Source of the DNA: Alphaproteobacteria bacterium
GTDB lineage: Bacteria > Pseudomonadota > Alphaproteobacteria > Bin95
Length of the DNA: 64,000 nucleotides
Direction: 5' to 3'
NCBI GenBank assembly: GCA_963665325.3
Contig: CAXXWS020000002.1
Location: 1,248,001-1,312,000, forward strand
Each line of letters begins with the position of its first letter. Within the stretch, counting starts at the first letter, position 1. Shown one piece after another: positions 9,790 through 19,471 of the stretch. The notes beneath the pieces were generated by a model. That model was given only the letters and a program-made list of their open reading frames with translations, searched no databases and was not told the origin of the DNA. The position numbers were made by a program, and so were the translations under genes.

Positions 9790-10710
9790 TCATGCCATCG
9801 GCATCCCGGAATGGACGCTGCGGGAGTTTGCGATTTCGAAGAACTGGCCGGAAAGCGACGGCATGGCGATGTCCCCTATCGTTTCCGGCGTCCAGTTGCC
9901 GTTGCGGTGGACCGTGCGCACCGGGCGGGAATGGCCGTAGAGCGTGAGCTCGCCGGCGCGCTGGTGGAACACCTGGCCGTTGACATAGCCTGCGTCTTCC
10001 GAGGCAAGGAATGTGCAGAGCGGCGCGATGGCGTCCGCCCGGCTGAGGGTCAACCGCTCGTCCCGGATCGCCGCGGCCTTCGGGTCCTTGGGCGCCGGCA
10101 CGCTGCGGGTCATGCGGGTATCGGCCGAGGGCGCGATGACATTCGCGGTGACATTCTTCGATGCGTTCTCCATGGCCACGATGCGCGCAAGCGCGACGAT
10201 GCCGAGCTTGGCCGCGCCGTAATTCGCCTGGCCGATATTGCCGAGCAGTCCGGAGGTCGAGGAGACCATGATGATGCGCCCGTATTCCTGCTCGCGGAAC
10301 AGGTTGATCGCTGCCCGGTTGACATTGAAATGGCCGGTGAGATGAACGTCGATGACCGCCTGCCAGTCGTCCGGCGACATCTTGTGGAACATGCGGTCGC
10401 GCAGAATGCCGGCGGGATTGAAGACGATATGCAGCCCGCCGAATTCGTCGCGCGCCTGCTGCACCATGTCGAGGCAGTTCTCGAAACTCGCGACCGAGCC
10501 GAAATTCGCGGCCGCCCGGCCTCCCGCCGCCCTGATCTCGTCCACGATCGCCTGGGCAGGGGTTTGGTCGCCGCCCTCGCCGCCACCGCCGACGCCGGGA
10601 TCGTTGACAATGACGCTCGCGCCGTTCGCCGCCATCATCTTTGCGACTTCAGCGCCGACGCCGCGTCCCGAACCGGTGCAGATCGCAACCCGCCCATCCA
10701 GCATTCCCAT
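9790..10710 (-). CDS. SDR family oxidoreductase (3-hydroxyacyl-CoA dehydrogenase/MFE-2-like)
   Basis: TGSGRGVG, AGILRDRMF, GNIGQANYGAAK. Confidence 0.9.
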   Translation of the reverse strand: MGMLDGRVAICTGSGRGVGAEVAKMMAANGASVIVNDPGVGGGGEGGDQTPAQAIVDEIRAAGGRAAANFGSVASFENCLDMVQQARDEFGGLHIVFNPAGILRDRMFHKMSPDDWQAVIDVHLTGHFNVNRAAINLFREQEYGRIIMVSSTSGLLGNIGQANYGAAKLGIVALARIVAMENASKNVTANVIAPSADTRMTRSVPAPKDPKAAAIRDERLTLSRADAIAPLCTFLASEDAGYVNGQVFHQRAGELTLYGHSRPVRTVHRNGNWTPETIGDIAMPSLSGQFFEIANSRSVHSGMPMA

Positions 10711-10833
10711 AGAACCGTCTCCCCTCGCTGTTTGCCGCGGCCTCACGCCCCGCCGGGATTGTCGGGCCTGTCGCCCCGGCTGTCAAAACCGGCGGCGGCC
10801 GCTTCCGCCCCCTTGTCTTGGGGAGGCCCCGCG

Positions 10834-11240
10834 ATGTGTCATGAAATGTCATGCGATGTCATGAGGCCCACCCCGGCAGGATGTGATGAAGTGTCATGTT
10901 TCGTCATGTTCCGGCGTGCTGCGCGGCCTCCGCCCGTCCTGCCGAAGCTTCGTTCGCCCCTGTCCCGCATGCCGTTCCTCCATCGCGTTTCGTTCCACTC
11001 CGTTCCGCTCTGCCCGCCGCCGATGCTCCGGCTGGGCGGAACCCTTTTCCGCGCGTATCGCGCGCGCGAGGCGCAGGGCACATTTCTCCCGCGCGTTTCT
11101 TCAGGTTTTTTTCGCGCCGGCGCGAACCGGAAGGCGAGGCGGCCCCGCCGGATGCCGCTTCCTTCCTCCTGGTCTATTGTAGCACTGTTTTTCTGAGATC
11201 AAGCCTATTGAAGGACTTATTTCAAAAAAACATGAACAAG
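10834..11240 (-). repeat. Dispersed ~400-bp non-coding element, copy A (promoter, conserved blocks, phased CATGACA repeats)
   Basis: Colinear blocks shared with 61578-62010. 43-nt block 10965-11007 vs 61868-61910 (3 mismatches); 19-nt block 11148-11166 vs 61650-61668 (1 mismatch). TGTCATG-type heptamers at 10837, 10847, 10857, 10882, 10892 and 10902. Confidence 0.8.
11176..11203 (-). promoter_or_regulatory. Putative sigma70 promoter of element copy A
   Basis: On the minus strand, CTTGATC...TG-C-TACAAT (extended -10). Spacer is short (15 nt from TTGATC). Confidence 0.45.
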
Positions 11241-11400
11241 ACTTCGCTTCCGGACAGCGCCGGCGCGAGCCGAAACGCGGCGTAACGGCCTGAGTCATCC
11301 GCAACGGCCGCGATCTGGCTGCCGCGGCGAGGACTGCACCTTCGGCCGAGCCGGGCAAGCAGGCCTTCGCGAGCCTGCCTGCTGCTGCCGATTACCCGTC

Positions 11401-12096
11401 TCAGAAACGGAACAGGAGCCCCACTTCCAGACTGTGCGCCCCGTAACTTGCCTCGATACCGTCGAAATCGGCGTCCGAGGTGGCGAAGTAACGGTAGCCA
11501 AGCCGGACGTCCGTATTGTCCGACATCGGATAGGAGAGCCCCGCCATCAACTGGAAGCCAGTCACGACATCGCTCTCCGAAACCTCCGGGGTGGTAACGG
11601 AGTCGCCGTCGCTGTCAAACGTAGTTGCGTCGAATGAACCTTCATGCTGAACGATACCTACCCCTGCGCCGATATACGGACGCACACCCCACGACACCTC
11701 GAAGTCCACGAAACCGTTCGCCATCAAGCTGATCGAGCGCAAGTCTCCCGGAAGGGGGATGTTGGTGTCCACGGAAACAGTGCTTCCGCCCTCGGACACG
11801 CTGACGCCGGAAAGGTTGTCCCATCCCGTATTCCGGTAGCCGAGTTCGATTTCGCCGCGCAGCCCTCCCGAAGCAACATAGCCGACGGCGGCGGTCAGGC
11901 CGATGCCGCCGTCCATTTCGATCTCGCTCCCGATAGTCGAACCGTCGATTTCAGCCGATAGGCTGGAATCGGTAGGCACCACGTACATCCCGCCTATCGA
12001 TGCATAGAAACCGGAGCTGTCCGATTGCGCAGCCGCCGTCACCGGCGCGAAGGCGAGCGCACCGAAGATTGCAAAGGTCCGGATTCTCACTTTCAT
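11401..12096 (-). CDS. Outer-membrane beta-barrel protein (OmpA-like/Ail/opacity type)
   Basis: Signal peptide, alternating aromatic beta strands, RGEIELGYR, PYIGAGVG, LGYRYF, C-terminal Phe. AT-rich upstream region. Confidence 0.88.
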   Translation of the reverse strand: MKVRIRTFAIFGALAFAPVTAAAQSDSSGFYASIGGMYVVPTDSSLSAEIDGSTIGSEIEMDGGIGLTAAVGYVASGGLRGEIELGYRNTGWDNLSGVSVSEGGSTVSVDTNIPLPGDLRSISLMANGFVDFEVSWGVRPYIGAGVGIVQHEGSFDATTFDSDGDSVTTPEVSESDVVTGFQLMAGLSYPMSDNTDVRLGYRYFATSDADFDGIEASYGAHSLEVGLLFRF

Positions 12097-12311
12097 GGAA
12101 TTCTCCTGAAGCCTGTGTTGGATCGTTTGAGCCGCCGCCCCTTGAAAGGGGTGCGACGAAGCATGAAATACTATAATAGATATACTAAATGAACATATCT
12201 ATAGAATTAATATTCATTTCCATTACGATCGCACCCCTTCGGCGGATTTGACAACCGGGGCCTACATTCCCCGTCCACCGCCATCGCCACGAACGCCGCA
12301 ACAACCCAACC

Positions 12312-12449
12312 CCCTTCGCCTCCGAACGCGCGCGGGTCGAACACCTGTTCGCCCTATACGAAAGGATGCGCGCGCCGCTGGAGGCGGGGATGCGGGGGAA
12401 ACGGCGGCGGCAGGCTCTTGGCCGGACGGGCCCTCGGCGGGGGCATTAA
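12312..12449 (+). pseudogene. C-terminal fragment of an MmeI-like type IIL restriction-modification methyltransferase
   Basis: Translates as PFASERARVEHLFALYERMRAPLEAGMRGKRRR...stop, resembling the C-terminal tail of MmeI-like enzymes as recalled. No start codon or homologous upstream sequence. Confidence 0.6.
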
Positions 12450-12487
12450 TGTATTGATTCTGTATATTTTTGACGCAAATTGGGAAA

Positions 12488-12751
12488 ATGGCCTTCGAAT
12501 TCGACCCGGACAAGAGCGTGGCGAACGAGGCGAAACAGGGCATCGGCTTCGACGATGCACAGGCGTTGTGGGACGACCCCTGGCTGCTCGAAGCGCCGGC
12601 GCGGACAGTCGATGAGCAGCGTTTCATAGTCGTCGGAAGGATCGGAGGGCGACATTGGTCGGCAATCTGCACGCGCCGCGGCGACCGCATACGGCTTATC
12701 TCGGTGCGCCGCGCCCGCAAGGAGGAGGTGGAACGCTATGAAAGCGCATGA
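12488..12751 (+). CDS. brnT: BrnT family type II toxin
   Basis: FEFDPDKSVANEAKQGIGFDDAQALW...IRLISVRRARKEE. Overlaps the antitoxin start. Confidence 0.88.
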   Translation: MAFEFDPDKSVANEAKQGIGFDDAQALWDDPWLLEAPARTVDEQRFIVVGRIGGRHWSAICTRRGDRIRLISVRRARKEEVERYESA

Positions 12752-12962
12752 ATTCGACCGCGCATTCGACGACGCGGAGGATGTGAGCGCGCATGTGGAC
12801 TGGTCCGGAGCGCGTCGGGTCAATCTGGGGACCAGGCGGGTCAATGTGGACTTCCCGGCCTGGGTCGTCGCCGCTCTGGACCGGCAGGCGAGGCTGCGCG
12901 GCGTTCCCCGGCAGTCGCTCATCAAGCTCTGGATCGCCGACCGGCTGGAAAACCTCGACTGA
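12738..12962 (+). CDS. brnA: BrnA/CopG-family antitoxin
   Basis: EFDRAFDDAED...RRVNVDFPAWVVAALDRQARLRGVPRQSLIKLWIADRL (ribbon-helix-helix). GGAGG RBS. Confidence 0.88.
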   Translation: MKAHEFDRAFDDAEDVSAHVDWSGARRVNLGTRRVNVDFPAWVVAALDRQARLRGVPRQSLIKLWIADRLENLD

Positions 12963-13153
12963 GCCCGCGCCGCCCACCCGGAAGCAAGCCGGGCGGAGTT
13001 CTAGGACCCCGAAACCTCGGCCACGCACGCTGCAACCTGGATCGAGTCGACGGTTGCCTCACTTCTTCTTCGGCGGCGGATCCGAGGCCCTGCGCGCCCA
13101 TTCCGGCGGAGGGGGCGGTGGCGACGGGGCCGCGCGCGGGAACCGGCAGCCGC

Positions 13154-15112
13154 TCAGACGTCCAGTTCGCCCGCGAATTCGGCGTTTGCCTGGATGAAGG
13201 CGAGGCGGTGGCGGGGGTTGCGGCCCATCAGCCGTTCCACCGTCTCCAGCGATTCCTCCGGCTCCAACTCCACCCGCAGCAGGCAGCGGCGGTCCGGGTC
13301 CATGGTGGTCTCGCGAAGCTGGCCGGGCGGCATCTCGCCGAGACCCTTGAACCGCGAAATCTCGACCTTGCGCCGGCCCTTGAAGGTCGACTCCATCAGC
13401 TCGATCCGGTGTCCGTCGTCGCGCGCATAGGCGGTGGTTCCGCCCGCGCTCAACCGGTAGAGCGGCGGACGGGCGAGGTAGAGGTGCCCTTTCTCGATCA
13501 GCTCCGGCATCTCGCACAGGAAATAGGTCATCAGCAGCGAGGCGATATGTGCGCCGTCCACATCCGCGTCCGTCATGATGATGACGCGCTCATAGCGCAA
13601 CTCTTCGTCGCAATAGTCCACGCCGGTGCCGCATCCGAGCGCCAGCTTCAGGTCCGCGATTTCCCGGTTAGCGCGCAGCTTGTCGTCCGTGGCGTTCGCG
13701 ACATTCAGGATCTTGCCGCGCAAGGGCAGGATGGCCTGCGTCTCGCGCCGGCGCGCCTGTTTCGCGGACCCGCCTGCGGAATCGCCCTCGACCAGGAATA
13801 TCTCCGTGCCGTCGCGCTCGCGCCTGGAGCAGTCGGTGAGCTTGCCGGGCAGGCGCGCGCGCCGGTTGCCGTTGGCCTTGCGCTTGAGGTCCCGCTCGTC
13901 GCGCCGGCGCCGGCGCTCCTCCGCGCGCTCGACGGCGAAGGCGGCGACCGCGTCCGCGGCGGCGGTATCGGCCGCGAGCCAGTGGTCGAACCGGTCCTTG
14001 ACCGTCTGCTCGACGAGGCGAAGCGTTTCCGGGCTTTCCAGCTTTTCCTTGGTCTGGCCCTGGAATTGCGGGTTGCGGATGAACACGGACAGCATGACGC
14101 CCGCGCCGCCAATGGCGTCTTCCGCATTGATCCGGCTCGCCTTGCGGTTGCCGACACGCTCGCCATGGGCGCGCAGGCCCCGCATCAGCGCCTGGCGCAG
14201 GCCGGCCTCGTGGCTGCCGCCGAGCGCCGTGGGAATCGTGTTGCAATAGGTGTGGGAGAAACCTTCGCCGTCGGCGAGCCAGGCGATCGCCCATTCGACC
14301 CTGCCGGCGCCTTCCGGGAAATCCGCCTCACCGGTGAAGGCACGGTCCGCGATGCGCCCCCGCTCCCCGGTCGAAAGGTCGAGGAAATCCGCGAGGCCGC
14401 CCGGAAAATGCAGTTCGGCCTCCGCAGGCACCTCGGAATTCGCCGCCAGCCAGTGCGGATCGCAGCGCCAGAGAATGCGCACGCCGCCGAACAGGCAGGC
14501 CTTCGACCGGGCCATCCGAAACAGCCGCTCGGGCCGGAACCGGACTGCGCGACCGAAGATGTCCGTGTCGGGCCTGAAGCGCACCGTCGTGCCGCGCCGG
14601 TTGCGGGAAATCCCGACCTTCTCCAGCTGTGAGGTCGGCTCGCCCCTAGCGTAGCTCTGCCGCCACAATATGCGGTCCCGCGCCACCTCCACGACAAGTT
14701 CCGCCGCCAGCGCGTTGACGACCGAAACGCCGACCCCGTGCAGGCCGCCGGCCGCGCGATAGGTCCTGTCGTCGAACTTGGCGCCGGAGTGGAGCGTCGT
14801 CATGATGACTTCCAGCGCCGACCGGCCGTCGAATTTGGGGTGCGGTTCGACCGGGATGCCGCGCCCGTTGTCCCGGACCTCGACCCAGCCTTCGCTGTCC
14901 AGCGAGAACTCGATGCGGTCGGCATGACCCGCAATCGCCTCGTCCATGGCGTTGTCGAGCAATTCTGCCGCAAGATGGTGCAGCCCGGATTCGTCGGTCG
15001 ATCCGATATACATCCCCGGCCGCCGCCGCACAGGCTCCAGACCCTCGAGCACCTCGACATGCTCGGCGGTGTATTCGTCGTCGACTGCGGCTTGCTGGAA
15101 CAGATTCGCCAT
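13154..15112 (-). CDS. parE: DNA topoisomerase IV subunit B
   Basis: LEGLEPVRRRPGMYIG, DNAMDE, GGLHGVGVSVVNAL, EGDSAGGSAKQAR, PLRGKILNV, MTDADVDGAHI, RFKGLGEM. Length ~650 aa without the GyrB insert. Confidence 0.93.
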   Translation of the reverse strand: MANLFQQAAVDDEYTAEHVEVLEGLEPVRRRPGMYIGSTDESGLHHLAAELLDNAMDEAIAGHADRIEFSLDSEGWVEVRDNGRGIPVEPHPKFDGRSALEVIMTTLHSGAKFDDRTYRAAGGLHGVGVSVVNALAAELVVEVARDRILWRQSYARGEPTSQLEKVGISRNRRGTTVRFRPDTDIFGRAVRFRPERLFRMARSKACLFGGVRILWRCDPHWLAANSEVPAEAELHFPGGLADFLDLSTGERGRIADRAFTGEADFPEGAGRVEWAIAWLADGEGFSHTYCNTIPTALGGSHEAGLRQALMRGLRAHGERVGNRKASRINAEDAIGGAGVMLSVFIRNPQFQGQTKEKLESPETLRLVEQTVKDRFDHWLAADTAAADAVAAFAVERAEERRRRRDERDLKRKANGNRRARLPGKLTDCSRRERDGTEIFLVEGDSAGGSAKQARRRETQAILPLRGKILNVANATDDKLRANREIADLKLALGCGTGVDYCDEELRYERVIIMTDADVDGAHIASLLMTYFLCEMPELIEKGHLYLARPPLYRLSAGGTTAYARDDGHRIELMESTFKGRRKVEISRFKGLGEMPPGQLRETTMDPDRRCLLRVELEPEESLETVERLMGRNPRHRLAFIQANAEFAGELDV

Positions 15113-15159
15113 CGGGTCCGTTCGGGTCGAAGCGGTCACGCCTCCCGTTACTCCCGATT

Positions 15160-16713
15160 CTAGCCCGGGTTCAATGCCGAATCCGGCAGGTTTCTACCGG
15201 GAGATCGCGCGTAAGCAGCAAACCGCACGGCTTCTTCCGCCGCGCGCATCAGCGCCCGCGCCTTGTCCCAGCTCTCGCGATATTCCATTTCCGGGTCGCT
15301 GTCGGCGACGACGCCGACTCCGGTCTGCACATAGAGCACATCGTCCTTCACCAGCGCGGTGCGCAGTGCGATGCAGGTATCCATCGAGCCGTCCGCCGCG
15401 AAATAGCCGATGCAGCCGGCATAGACGCCGCGCTTCTCCGGCTCCAGCTCATCGATGATCTCCATGGCGCGCACTTTCGGCGCGCCGGAGACCGTGCCCG
15501 CCGGAAAGCCCGCTACCAGCGCACCGATGGCGTCATATCGCGGGTCCAGGTCGCCCTGCACTTCGGAGCCGATATGCATGACGTGCGAGTAATATTCGAT
15601 CTCGAACTGCTCCGTGACCTCGACGCTGCCGATGCGGCTCACCCGCCCGACATCGTTGCGGGCGAGGTCCAGCAGCATCAGGTGCTCCGCGACCTCCTTC
15701 GGGTCGCTTAGCAGTTCCGCGGCGAGCCGGCGGTCTTCGGCGGGGTCCGTCCCTCGCGGGCGGGTCCCGGCCAGCGGCCTGATGGTGACACGGCCGTCGC
15801 GCACCCGCACCAGGATTTCCGGGCTTGAGCCGACGATGGAGAAGGCGCCGAAATCGAGATGGAACAGGAAGGGCGACGGGTTGAGGCGGCGCAGCGCGCG
15901 GTAGAGCGCGAAAGGGGGCAGGGCGAAATCGATGGAGAAGCGTTGCGCCGGAACGATCTGGAACGCGTCGCCGGCGTGGATGTAGTCGCGCGCGGTTTCG
16001 ACGACCTCGTGGAACCGTTCCCTGGTCATGTTGGAGCGCGGCGTTGCGTCGGCCAGCGCGGCGGGCGCGCTTTCCCGGCGGTCCACGGCGGCGCCTTCCA
16101 GGTCGGCGAGCGCCGCTGCAAGCCGCTCCTCGGCGTGAAGCCAGGCGGTGTCGGCGGCCATCCCGTCCTCGGGCCAGACCGGCGTCACCAGGGTAATTCG
16201 ATCCTCGATCAGGTCGAACACCGCCATGACGGTCGGGCGCAGGAACAGGCCGTCTGGAATGCCGATCGGATCCGGCGGCTCGTCCGGCAGATGCTCCATG
16301 AGTCGCACCATGTCGTAGCCCATGTAGCCGACCAGCGCGGCCGCCATCGGCGGCAGGTCGGCCGGAAGGTCGTCGATGCGGCACTCGTCGATCAGGTCGC
16401 GCAGCGAGTCGAGCGCGCCCTTGCCGCACGGCTGGAAACGGTCCGGGTCGTCCAGCGCATCCCGGTTGATCTCCGCCTCATCGCCCCGGCAGCGCCAGAT
16501 GATGTCGGGGTCGCGGCCGATGAAGGAGTAGCGGCCGCGGATGGCGCCGCCCTCGACCGATTCGAGCAGGAAGCAATGCGACCGTCCGGCGGAAAGCTTT
16601 AGCATTGCCGAGACCGGCGTTTCGAGATCGGCCACCAGTGTGGTCCAGACCAGTTGGGGACGGCCGGACCGGTAGCGTGCCTCGAAAGACGGAAAGTCGG
16701 CGGGCTCGAGCAT
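15160..16713 (-). CDS. trpE: Anthranilate synthase component I
   Basis: DLETPVS, LLESVEGG, NPSPFLF, PLAGTRPRG, EHLMLLDLARND, FPAGTVSGAPK. Confidence 0.95.
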   Translation of the reverse strand: MLEPADFPSFEARYRSGRPQLVWTTLVADLETPVSAMLKLSAGRSHCFLLESVEGGAIRGRYSFIGRDPDIIWRCRGDEAEINRDALDDPDRFQPCGKGALDSLRDLIDECRIDDLPADLPPMAAALVGYMGYDMVRLMEHLPDEPPDPIGIPDGLFLRPTVMAVFDLIEDRITLVTPVWPEDGMAADTAWLHAEERLAAALADLEGAAVDRRESAPAALADATPRSNMTRERFHEVVETARDYIHAGDAFQIVPAQRFSIDFALPPFALYRALRRLNPSPFLFHLDFGAFSIVGSSPEILVRVRDGRVTIRPLAGTRPRGTDPAEDRRLAAELLSDPKEVAEHLMLLDLARNDVGRVSRIGSVEVTEQFEIEYYSHVMHIGSEVQGDLDPRYDAIGALVAGFPAGTVSGAPKVRAMEIIDELEPEKRGVYAGCIGYFAADGSMDTCIALRTALVKDDVLYVQTGVGVVADSDPEMEYRESWDKARALMRAAEEAVRFAAYARSPGRNLPDSALNPG

Positions 16714-16737
16714 CGCTGGCTGCTTCCGGAATGCCGG

Positions 16738-18597
16738 TCAGTTGAACTGGGCGATCAGGTCGTGGTTGATCACAACCCCGAACCGGTCCTGCAGCGCAGC
16801 GTGGAATTGCTGCCGGATGTCCTCGACCATTTCCGCGGAAAGCTGCTCTCGTATCGCCTCGATCTTGTCCTCGGAGTAGGGCGGGGGATCGATGCTCTCG
16901 ACGACCGCGACCGCATAGCCGTCCGCAATGCGCGCCACGACGACCTCCCCGCGTTCGGCCGCGAACACGGCGTTGACGACCTCGCGGGACAGGCCGGCCT
17001 CCGGCTTTGCCTCCGTGCGGGTGAACTGCCCGGTCTCCTCCACCGTCCGCCCCTCGGCCACGGATGCAGGCGTGCGGCCTTCCCGCAGTCTTGCTGCGAG
17101 CGCGTCGGCCTTCGCCTTCGCCGCCTCGTCCAGGCGCGCAGCACGCCAGGCCGCCAGCACCAGCGGCCTTGCTTCCTCGAACGGGCGCACGGCCGGCGGC
17201 GTCTCGCTTTCCACCCGAAGCACGAAATAGCCGCCGTCCCCCAATTCGCCCAGAAGGCTGTCTTCTCCGACCGGCGTGGAGAAAGCCGTCCGCAGGAAGT
17301 TCGGTTCGGCCGGCAGGCCCTCCGGCTGTTCTCCGGCACGGTCGAGACCGGAGCCATCCACGGCGGCTATCGTCAACAGGGACAGGTCGAGCGCACGTGC
17401 AGCATCCTCGAAGCTCGCGCCTCCGCCCAATTGGTCGTCGAGGTCGTTCGCAAGCTCCGCCAGCCGTTCTATCGCGATCTCCCGCGCGACCTCCCTTTGC
17501 AGCCCCTCGCGGACGTCCTCGAACGAAATCGTCGTTTCCCCGGTTACCTGGTCGACGGCGAGCACATGCCAGCCGAGCGCCGTCTGCACAGGGCCGGTGA
17601 CGCCCTCTCCGTCAAGTGAGAAGACCGCGTCCGCCAGGGCAGCCTGGGGCAGCTGGCTGCGCGAGACCGGACCGAGATCGCTGACCGTGCTGCCGGCGTT
17701 CCCGGCCGCCGTTTCCAGTTCGGCACCGGTCGCAAGCTGCGTCATGAACTCCTGCGCCTTCGACTCGTCGTCGAACAGCACCTGCCGGACGCGCCGGGTC
17801 GCCGGGACTGTGAAGTCGGCGATACGAGCGTCGTAGGCTTCCCGCACCGCGTCCGGGTTGGCCTCCACCCGGTCCAGCCACCGGTCGGGGTCGAGCACGA
17901 TCGCCGTCACGGCCCGGTAGGCGGGCGCCATGAAGTCGTCCTTGTTGTCCTCGTGCCACGCGCGCAGTTCGGACTCGCCGGGGTCGTCCGGGAGCGCGGC
18001 TTCTTCCGGGACACGGAGCAGGACCGCCTTGCGGGTCTCTTCGCGGTAGCGGTGGATCGCTTCGGCCATGCTCCGGGAGGCCTGGACCGGGCGGCTGATC
18101 GAGCGGTCGACCTGGCGTCGCGACAAGTCGCGGCGGAGCATGGCGACGAACTCGCCCTCGCTCAGCCCGTTGGTCAGCAGTACGCGCTCGAACAGCGCGC
18201 GGTCGAAACCGCCGAGGCGGCCGCCGAAATTCGGGTCTTCCTCGATGGAACGGCGCACCTGGCCGTCTCCGACCGCAAGGCCGAGCCGGCCGGCTTCGAG
18301 CTCAACCAGCCGACGGCGCACCAATGCCTGCACGACTTCTTCCGGCAGTCCGAACCTTGCCGCCATTTCCGGCGTGACATTGCCGCCCAGACGCCGGCGC
18401 AACTGGTTGAACTGCCGGGAGTAATCGCGCCTGAATTCTTCGGCGCCGATCTCGGTCTCGCCGACCTTCGCCACGGCGTCTTCCACTTCCGGCGACAGAT
18501 AGTCACCGACGCCCCAGGCGGCGAAGCTCAGGATCAGGAGGGCGAAGAGGATTTTGGCGAGCCAGGAGGCGGCGCCTTTTCGGAGCGAGGTCAGCAT
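16738..18597 (-). CDS. ppiD: PpiD-like periplasmic chaperone (SurA N-terminal domain, parvulin-like)
   Basis: N-terminal TM ILFALLILSFAAWGVGD, rotamase-like GPVQTALGWHV. Usual position upstream of trpE. Confidence 0.85.
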   Translation of the reverse strand: MLTSLRKGAASWLAKILFALLILSFAAWGVGDYLSPEVEDAVAKVGETEIGAEEFRRDYSRQFNQLRRRLGGNVTPEMAARFGLPEEVVQALVRRRLVELEAGRLGLAVGDGQVRRSIEEDPNFGGRLGGFDRALFERVLLTNGLSEGEFVAMLRRDLSRRQVDRSISRPVQASRSMAEAIHRYREETRKAVLLRVPEEAALPDDPGESELRAWHEDNKDDFMAPAYRAVTAIVLDPDRWLDRVEANPDAVREAYDARIADFTVPATRRVRQVLFDDESKAQEFMTQLATGAELETAAGNAGSTVSDLGPVSRSQLPQAALADAVFSLDGEGVTGPVQTALGWHVLAVDQVTGETTISFEDVREGLQREVAREIAIERLAELANDLDDQLGGGASFEDAARALDLSLLTIAAVDGSGLDRAGEQPEGLPAEPNFLRTAFSTPVGEDSLLGELGDGGYFVLRVESETPPAVRPFEEARPLVLAAWRAARLDEAAKAKADALAARLREGRTPASVAEGRTVEETGQFTRTEAKPEAGLSREVVNAVFAAERGEVVVARIADGYAVAVVESIDPPPYSEDKIEAIREQLSAEMVEDIRQQFHAALQDRFGVVINHDLIAQFN

Positions 18598-18702
18598 GTG
18601 GGGGCCGGGCCGGTGGAGAGAAGCCGCGCATCATAGGCAGCCGCCGAAATGCCTGCAACGCAGCCTTGCCGCTGCGGCGGCCGGCGACCGGTATTCTCCG
18701 CG

Positions 18703-19464
18703 CTACTGGACCAGCGGTGACTCCGCCGCGGCGATGTCGAAGCCCGATATGCGGGCGGATCCGGCGAGCAACTGGACATATTGCCGGAAGGCGCGGCGCC
18801 ACGACGCCTCCTTCAGATAGTCCGCAATCTTCTCCGAAACGGCCTCATAGGGCAGCGACCGGCCCTCCACCCGCTTGTCCACTCGCACGACATGGATGCC
18901 GTAGCGCGTCTTCACCGGAACCGGCGAGAGCTGGCCGTCTTCGAGATTGAAGAGGAAGGTCTCCATCTCGGGAACCGAGTCGCCGCGCGAAAGCTGGCCC
19001 AGCCGGCCGTCATTGTGTTTCGAGTCGCAAGCCGATTGCGCCCGGGCGATTTCGCCGAAGCGCTCCGGCGAAACGGACAGCAGCTCGATCAACTCCCCGG
19101 CCAGAGCCTCGGCCCGAGCGCGCTCGTCCGCGTCATCCGGTGCTGCGGGCAGCAGGATATGCGCTGCCTCGACCAGGTCGGGACTGCGGAAGCGTGACGG
19201 ATTGTTGTCGTAGTAGCGCCGGCACTCCGCCTCCTCGGGCGCGGGAATGTCCACCTCGCGCTCGATCACGGTCCCGATGGCCGCTGCCTCGTCCGACAGG
19301 TCGAGCCCGATAGCGCCGGCCCGATCCAGAAGGAGGGACTGGATTACCAGCCACTCGGCCGCGGCGCGCCGCGCCGCGCCGGCATTCTCCGCCGGGTGGT
19401 ACTGCATCTCGCGCAGTATCTCGTCCTCGTCGATACAGCGGTCGTTGACGCGGATCGTGACCAT
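18703..19464 (-). CDS. Parvulin-type peptidyl-prolyl isomerase (NifM-like, nar-associated)
   Basis: EMQYHPA, AAHILLPA, SACDSKHNDGRLGQL, PVKTRYGIHVV. Directly after narI. Confidence 0.88.
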   Translation of the reverse strand: MVTIRVNDRCIDEDEILREMQYHPAENAGAARRAAAEWLVIQSLLLDRAGAIGLDLSDEAAAIGTVIEREVDIPAPEEAECRRYYDNNPSRFRSPDLVEAAHILLPAAPDDADERARAEALAGELIELLSVSPERFGEIARAQSACDSKHNDGRLGQLSRGDSVPEMETFLFNLEDGQLSPVPVKTRYGIHVVRVDKRVEGRSLPYEAVSEKIADYLKEASWRRAFRQYVQLLAGSARISGFDIAAAESPLVQ

Positions 19465-19471
19465 GACCGGT

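Noticed and set aside
10837-10908. TGTCATG repeats as a possible CRISPR array
   Set aside because: Units are 7 nt with 3-nt gaps, there are no 25-45-nt spacers, and no cas genes are present.
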